A stretch of DNA of 64,000 bases from the human T2T-CHM13v2.0 reference genome, Homo sapiens. The stretch is from the NCBI RefSeq assembly GCF_009914755.1, contig NC_060929.1; one strand, given 5' to 3'. The stretch's first letter is position 1. Every line of letters begins with the position of its first letter. The translations under genes were made by a program, and so were the position numbers. The notes below the pieces were generated by a model. The model worked only from the letters and a program-made list of their open reading frames with translations, searched no databases and was not told where the DNA came from. Shown piece by piece: positions 62,281 to 64,000 of this stretch.

Positions 62281-63083
62281 TAGCTCAAGCAGCAAACACT
62301 TGTTAAGCACCTAACATGTATATGTAAGATTGCATGGGCACTGTGGTCCCTCTTCTTTTCACCCCCTTGTTAACATCACCCTTGCTGGAGGGAGCTCATT
62401 ATTACTAATTGGCCCAAGTGACAGCACAGCAAATGAGTGCAGCAAGGCTCTGCAAGTCTTTGCTGAGAGTGGAAGTAGGGCCCAGTTGGGCTAAGGCCAG
62501 ATGTTCTTTTACTTTGATTGGCAGAGTCCACTTTAGTACTTCCCAGTTCATGACAGCTTTTCTCTGCCACATTTAAATTTCTAAAGATAATTGTGGCCAG
62601 GAGGCCCCTGCTCCAAAGCTTGAGTGACTCTCCTTGATTCAGGTATGTGACTGCCATCTGGACATGGCAGTTGGTAGAGAGCTAGAGGAAGAGCTTGCTG
62701 AGATCCCAGCTTGCTCGAGGGGGTAGGAGGCAGGGTCAAGTCTGAACTTGTGCAGACCTGTGCTCTGGCTGCACAGTAACAACAATACTTATTTTCTCAA
62801 CTATAAAGCTGTAAAAATGATCATACACCTGTGTGTATTTGAGTAGGAATTACGTGCATAATTCAATTGTTCATGACATCATGTGTGTGAGTTTTGCCTG
62901 TATCCAGATGGAAGTGTCTGTTATAAAGTAAAAGAAATAAAAACATGTTGATTTGTAGAGGTGGTGAAATTGTGAGCCAATTTTTCTTTTAACATTGTTC
63001 CAAAGTTTTTGTGTATGTAACCGGTAATAACAATAAACACAAACAAAAGAATGATTTTCATTGCATGCATACTCAGACAATAG

Positions 63084-63444
<361 letters not shown>

Positions 63445-64000
63445 GACATTTCTTAACTAATTTGAAAATTTAACCAGGGAACATGGTCAAATTTGAAAGT
63501 GCCATTTGTGTATTTTCAGTGTCAGTAACAGAAAAATAACCTTTCATTTATTAATGTGAAACTGAATTTAGATCAAATTTCAGAACTCAACATTCTGACA
63601 GTCCTAGATGTGAAAAGCTGGCATTCACTGCTGAAAATATTTCATCAAGTTTCTTTAACATATGGCCTCCAGCTATTGAGAAGATTTTTGTAGTTGCTAT
63701 ATCAAAGGTGGCTTCTGAGTTGACGAATGAATGTTTTAATCACAGTCTGGTCTAAACTTGGCCATTACACATATTAGAATGAATTTGGTTAGTTTTTTTG
63801 TTCAGGAATATAGTTACATTGAAGAACTTCAATGCATTTATTTCTTTCTAAGAACTAATGTTTAATGAGCTTTACTATGGGCACTGCATACCAGAGTCTA
63901 CAGGGCATTGCCAGCCGAGCAAATAGTGGCTTGGAATGAGGAACTCATTTTCTTACAAAAGTAGTACTATACACAGTGGTACATTTTTAGGATAGTCCAA

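Overview
This is hominoid (human-like) genomic DNA, AT-rich and mostly made of interspersed repeats: Alu J/S/Y, L1PA/PB/MA/MB/ME, MIR, MaLR (THE1, MST, MLT1), ERVL/ERV1 LTRs and DNA transposons (MADE1, Tigger3a, MER45, MER5). I find no credible protein-coding exon, CpG-island promoter or functional RNA gene. The ORFs I can assign fall in repeats (L1 ORF2, MaLR internal ORF, ERVL pol, Alu), and the rest look like chance ORFs. The standout feature is a single retrotransposed chimera at 40161-43446. A ~200-nt sense-strand internal fragment of 28S rRNA is fused directly to a 5'-truncated young L1 (L1PA2-like) with a poly(A) tail, and one 12-bp target-site duplication (AGAAATTTCTTC) brackets the whole unit. 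It sits inside a complete two-LTR THE1D provirus (5-bp TSD GTGGG), which itself interrupts an ancient L1M. Repeat subfamily names and consensus comparisons come from recalled consensus motifs, not from running RepeatMasker, and boundaries of old elements are approximate.
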